Notes under the pieces: generated by a model | What the model was told of the DNA's origin: nothing | Database searches by the model: none | Seen by the model: the letters and a program-made list of their open reading frames with translations, nothing else | Program-made: the position numbers and the translations under genes | Shown here: positions 63,603 through 64,000 of the stretch, one piece after another | Numbering within the stretch: position 1 is the stretch's first letter | Layout of the letters: each line of letters begins with the position of its first letter | DNA from: a virus | Virus record (IMG/VR): IMGVR_UViG_3300047548_001261 | Span: 17,896 to 81,895 of that record | Strand: one strand, 5' to 3' | DNA: 64,000 nt

Positions 63603-64000
63603 TTAAGCGGCTTGAGATAACTCTGCATTAACTAAAACACTGTAAATGGTATCGAGTAAATCCGCATTGACAAAGCCGCGCGCTAATAATGCCGTGACGA
63701 TTGCCGCCTTTTCAGGTGCGCTACATTCCAACTCTATTATTGAGTTTACGACAAGATTAACATCGTGTTTTTGCTTACCGGATAGCGCCTTGTAGGTTGT
63801 ATCGGCGAGAGACTCTAAGGTGTCAATGGCAAGCTGTTTTTTGCTTATAACTTTTTCAGTGCTGGTATCAACGTCAGTGCTGGTATCAACGTCAGTGCTG
63901 GTATCAACGTCAGTGCTGGTATCAACGTCAGTGCTGGTATCAACGTCAGTGCTGGTATCAACGTCAGTGCTGGTATCAACGTCAGTGCTGGTATCAACGT
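63603..64000 (-). CDS. 3' part of a hypothetical protein with (DVDTST)n repeat (partial)
   Basis: Open frame (DVDTST)n-EKVISKKQLAIDTLE...AELSQAA*. Confidence 0.65.
   Translation of the reverse strand, partial: VDTSTDVDTSTDVDTSTDVDTSTDVDTSTDVDTSTDVDTSTDVDTSTEKVISKKQLAIDTLESLADTTYKALSGKQKHDVNLVVNSIIELECSAPEKAAIVTALLARGFVNADLLDTIYSVLVNAELSQAA
63857..64000. repeat. 18-bp tandem repeat CAGTGCTGGTATCAACGT, 8 exact copies to the window edge
   Basis: Directly visible. Confidence 0.97.

Noticed and set aside
1-64000. Integron integrase, phage integrase, transposase or reverse transcriptase (DGR, retron)
   Set aside because: No ORF shows recognisable tyrosine/serine recombinase, DDE or RT motifs; such genes could lie outside the window.
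63857-64000. CRISPR array or iterons
   Set aside because: No spacers; an in-frame 18-bp unit inside an open reading frame.
1-64000. tRNA or rRNA genes
   Set aside because: No cloverleaf or rRNA-like segment recognised by eye; a tRNAscan-SE run would be needed to exclude them.

Overview
The window is part of a tailed dsDNA phage genome with a long non-contractile-type tail; host is probably a proteobacterium (inferred from consensus sigma70 promoters, an HU gene and attC-type sites). The left arm (+ strand, ~1.6-19.3 kb) is a tail module: tail tube protein, a 2,600-aa tape measure protein and tail-tip proteins. The right arm (- strand, ~22.8-64 kb) holds replication, recombination and nucleotide genes (SbcCD-like nuclease, PD-(D/E)XK nuclease, HNH-dUTPase fusion, Dda-like helicase, ligase, family A polymerase, ThyX, HU, SF2 helicase, C5-methyltransferase, primase-helicase), followed by a mosaic early region of small genes driven by repeated near-consensus promoters. 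The main discovery is at the point where the two arms converge (19.27-22.69 kb): an array of 8 integron-type gene cassettes delimited by 9 attC-like sites (the two outer ones incomplete), with no integrase in the window. Every cassette gene lies antisense to the canonical attC orientation and several borrow their stop codon, start codon or RBS from the attC itself. Half-attC relics with the same geometry occur elsewhere in the window, suggesting repeated gene capture through integron-cassette recombination. Other notable items: a C5-methyltransferase split over two overlapping reading frames, a dispersed CTAG-centred quasi-palindrome, a candidate ribbon-helix-helix repressor/operator set, and several homopolymer frameshifts that may be sequencing errors. 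All family assignments come from motif recognition by eye, not database searches.
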